From Eledone cirrhosa (taxonomy: Eukaryota): a stretch of DNA of 48,175 nt. Where the stretch lies: the NCBI GenBank assembly GCA_964016885.1, contig CAXHJY010000691.1, positions 1-48,175 of the forward strand, read 5' to 3'. Shown here piece by piece: positions 44,316 through 48,175 of the stretch. A program made the position numbers and the translations under genes. Position 1 is the stretch's first letter. Each line of letters starts with the position of its first letter. The notes beneath the pieces were generated by a model. The model worked only from the letters and a program-made list of their open reading frames with translations. It was not told the DNA's origin and did no database searches.

Positions 44316-47300
44316 AACTTTGATAACTTTGATAGGTTTCGGCTAGTATTGGCCCAGGTCATGTCTAACTTAATAGCACCACCTGGCGAAGTCTTACAAA
44401 TCAGTGTTTGGGCACCAGGGCCCACTCGAGCAGGGAGTTATTTTTTACGGAGGCATATCCGGGTGTAGGAGGCTTATCCAGGATTTCTTGAAGGAATTTA
44501 TCCAAAGACTTCTTGAACTTGATGGGGTCTGCCTCTGCTTTGATGTGTCTTGGTGTAATGTTAAAGAGTGCAGGGCCAATTGAGGTGAAATAATTGTGCC
44601 GTATTGTGATGCGAGTGGGATTTTTGTCCTGGGCAGATAGCACGGGGCCCAAGCCTTGGGTGTACACTAAAGGTGATGCCAACATAATTTGGGCTAAGCT
44701 GATGGAATATTTTCCACATCATACAGATAATGTAGCGCTCACGGCGACGTTGAAGAGAATAAAGTTTGAGCTTTTCTAATCGACTCCAATAGTCAAGGCC
44801 TGTCATGCCAACTATCTTTTTTGTAATTGACCTTTGGGGTGCTTCAACTTTCATGATACTTTGTTTCGTGTGGGGTGACCACAGTGGACAACAGTATTCA
44901 AGGTGGGGTCGGGCAAAAGTGGAGAAGAGAAGGACAACAGTGTGGATATCTCTCGACTGGAAAGTTCTGAGACTCCAGGAACACATTCTGCGGGCCATAT
45001 CAACTTTGCTGTTTATATGAGTGGCCCAGCTTATATTGTTGTCCACAATTACTCCCAGGTCTCTGATGTTATTGGAAGCCACCAGAGTTTCACCCGAAGG
45101 AAGAGAGTATGGTAGTTTCAGAACATCTTTTTTTCCAAAGTGGATTAGTTCAAATTTATCCTCATTCAACAGCATATTATTCATCTCTGCCCATTGGATA
45201 ACAGCCAGTAGGTCTGACTGAAGGCAAGTCCGGTCACCCATCTCATTGATGACCCTTTGGAGCTTGGAATCATCTGCGAAGATTCTGATGTTACTGTGTT
45301 TGATGATGTCAGTAATGTCATTAATGTAGATGATGAAAAGAAGTGGGCCCAACACAGTGCCTTGTGGGACGCCACTGCGGACTTTGGCAGGGCTTGATTT
45401 TACTCCTTCGACTACAACATGCTAGGTTCTGCCTGTCAGGAAACATTTGATCCACTGTAGTAACCTTCCAGAGACACCAATATTGGATAGTTTTTTCAGT
45501 AGAATCTTATGATCAACCCTGTCAAAGGCCTTGCTGAAATCAAGATAGATGACATCAGTGTTGGAGCCCTCTCCTAAGGCTCTCAAAACATCGTCAAAGT
45601 GATGCAGGAGCTGCGTTAGGCAGTCCCTTCCATTACGGAACCCATGTTGGTTGGAGTTCAGCAGGCCGTTGCTTTCAAGAAAGTGGGTTATTCGTGATCT
45701 CACCACCCTCTCAAATACCTTGATAATATGAGAGGTGAGTGAGATCGGACGGTAGTTCACTGCAAGGGACTTATTTCCCTTTTTGAAGACTGGGACAACG
45801 GACTGGGACAGAAAGTTTTCAGGAATATAGCCAGTATCCAGTGAGTTCCTCCACAGATTAGCAAGAGGAGTTGCAAGTTGGTGTCGACACACCTTCAGGA
45901 CACAAGCAGGAAACCTGTCGGGGCCTACTGCTGAATTGTGTTTAATTTCGTTTATTGCCGCTAAGACATCAGGGGCGCCAAACGTTATGTCTGATATAGT
46001 GTGTTGGGGGTTAATATCACTGATACGGCCCAGATCGGCCATATCAGGGTTGCTGAAAACAGAGCAGTATTGTTTCTGCAGTATCTCGCCCATGGTTTTG
46101 GCATTGTCCTGGAGTGTGCCATTTTCATCAACTAGGGGCCAACAGTGGAGGCGGTGACCTTGTGTTTTTTAGCGAATGAGAAGAACACTTTGGGGTTGAG
46201 TTTTATTTTCTCAATGGCCCACCTCTCTTGAGCTCTTCTCTGGTTATTGATGATGGTCACCATGCATTGCTGGAGGTTATATTTTTTTGACTCAAGCAGA
46301 GTGATAGCCATTGAATGTGTGTGTTGCTGTTGGCAGTATTTTAGTGAGTTAATTTTTTTGTTTGTTCTTTTTATTTTTCTGATAATTGTTTTTCTGTCTT
46401 GGGGGATACTGCACTTGGTTTTTTTCACAGGTTTTGGTGGGGTGTGTTTTGTACATATATTTGTGACAGTGTCTACAAAGATCTGCCAAGATGTTTTGAT
46501 GTTGGTGGAAATGTGTGCGTGTGTAAAAGACCGGTCGACATGTGATAGTTCGTTCATAATTGCATCCCAGTTGGCATTGTAGAGATCCATGTTATCAAAT
46601 GGGTGGGCTGGAGAGAGGACCCTAGGATTAGCTTTCGGCTGGTGGAATCTCAGGTTACAAAGAACCATATCATGGTCTGAGAGAAGGGTTTTTTCCACTG
46701 TAATATTATGTATAGTGTTAGTGTGGTTACTAAACACTAGATCCAGAATGTTCTTCTGATGCCTTGTTGGTGCAAGGACAAGTTGTGACAAGAAAAAACT
46801 CATTCATGAAGTCAAGAAGTGACTTGACAGCCTCTTTGAAACAGATTATGGGTGTTTGTGGTGGCCTATAGAGCCCAACTAATGTCAGGTCATTGGCTTT
46901 ATTGTGCACAGTGACTGATTCACAGTAGCCATTAGAGAATGTTGTGTTGCCATCTGCCGTAAAGGAAATCATGGCAGTTCCACCCTTCCTTCTGCCAACA
47001 CGATCCGCACGGATGGTTGTGAAATTTCTCACTCTTACTTCGGCCACCAAGTGGGAGTTGTCAAGGTGGGTCTCAGTAAGAATGAAGAAGGTGGTGTGAA
47101 ATGGATGGTTACCAACCCAACCTCAATGAATTAGATCTTCCGTTTCTGTGCATTGATGGATGGGCTAATACCTTGTGTATTGAGTAAAAATGTGGAGGCT
47201 AGTATAGTGGCTGGTTTTGACTGTTGAAGGGGGCTTGTTTTGTGATTGTGTGTTAGTGACAGCAAGGTTGGTGTTGGGTGATGGCCTAAAATGTTTTTCT

Positions 47301-47317
47301 CTCTATCTGTTTTGCCA

Positions 47318-47320
<3 letters not shown>
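44316..47320 (-). mobile_element. CR1/L2-group LINE: near-complete ORF2 (APE endonuclease and RT) with 3'UTR and tandem tail
   Basis: LLNTQGI; FILTETHL; RADR...KGG; LYRPP; ILDLVFSN; SDH; NYRPISLTS; YLDFSKAFDRVDH; SGVPQGTVLGPLLF; FADD; PHLEYCCPLWSP; stop at 44401. Tail is (ATCAAAGTT)x2 at 44316-33. Confidence 0.95.
44401..47200 (-). pseudogene. LINE ORF2 split into ORFs 46730-47050, 46132-46803, 45422-46093, 44561-45355 and 44401-44685
   Basis: Consecutive domain fragments separated by frameshifts and a stop. Confidence 0.9.
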
Positions 47321-47662
<342 letters not shown>

Positions 47663-47793
47663 GTGAGGTTTTTTTTACAAAATGAAAAATAACCGAGGTG
47701 TCCTACACGAGTGGAAGTATAAAGAAAAAGGGATGAAATCGAAAATGCAACTGAAGTCTTATTTTTTTTAAAAATATATATATTTATTTGATT

Positions 47794-47831
47794 CCTTTAC
47801 CGGTTTCGCAGTTCTTCTGCTTTTCAAAAGG
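47794..47831 (-). ncRNA. Mirror copy of the family H5 hammerhead
   Basis: Exact reverse complement of 47907-47944. Confidence 0.7.
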
Positions 47832-47906
47832 TGAGTTGAGATGGAGGGTCTGTGGTTTTTCTCACATCTGATGTGAGAAAAACCACAGACCCTCCATCTC
47901 AACTCA

Positions 47907-47944
47907 CCTTTTGAAAAGCAGAAGAACTGCGAAACCGGTAAAGG
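47907..47944 (+). ncRNA. Minimal type I hammerhead (family H5) with compensatory U3-A8 core pair
   Basis: CCTT-TTGAAAA-GCAG aagaa CTGC-GAA-ACCGGT-A-AAGG; G10.1-C11.1 pair, palindromic stem III, GUA triplet, AATAAA at 47950-55. Confidence 0.72.
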
Positions 47945-48013
47945 AATCAAATAAATATATATATTTTTAAAAAAAATAAGACTTCAGTTGCATTTTCGAT
48001 TTCATCCCTTTTT

Positions 48014-48020
<7 letters not shown>

Positions 48021-48112
<92 letters not shown>

Positions 48113-48130
48113 CACATATACATACATACA
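48021..48130. repeat. (TA)n microsatellite
   Basis: Read directly from the sequence. Confidence 0.95.
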
Positions 48131-48175
48131 AACGGATCTTAGAAGGATGTTCAACAACTTGACATACAACCTTCC

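Larger units (their letters stand above)
47718..48020. repeat. Perfect 303-bp palindrome (151-bp arms, 1-nt centre at 47869); probable inverted PLE pLTR
   Basis: 47718-47868 is the exact reverse complement of 47870-48020 (checked by eye). Each arm carries an HHR and AATAAA. (TA)n follows on the right; on the left ~60 bp of unique sequence precede (TA)n. Confidence 0.92.

Overview
AT-rich, repeat-saturated animal genomic DNA. It is most likely cephalopod (octopus-like), inferred from the tRNA-headed SINE families and the (TA)n/(CA)n load; this is not proven. No intact host gene can be supported, and most ORFs in the track are microsatellite artefacts (YI/CV/HT repeats). Supported content: three CR1/L2-group LINE copies (1-1271 +, 39991-42160 -, 44316-47320 -), an RTE LINE fragment (25140-26400 -), two short RTE-like derivatives, a Helitron PIF1-helicase remnant with an adjacent non-autonomous Helitron, a hAT MITE with a perfect 8-bp TSD, a CRE-type endonuclease remnant, more than a dozen SINEs (several with clean TSDs), and long compound microsatellites. 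The main unannotated signal is a set of hammerhead ribozyme (HHR) motifs from at least five unrelated sequence families. They sit in Penelope-like element (PLE) terminal-repeat fragments whose ends mostly abut (TA)n, and three of the families form inverted repeats (arms about 0.5 kb, about 1.4 kb, and a perfect 151 bp). They include an HHR with a ~115-nt stem II and a minimal HHR with a compensatory U3-A8 core pair present on both strands of a perfect palindrome. All ribozyme folds were made by eye, and activity is untested.
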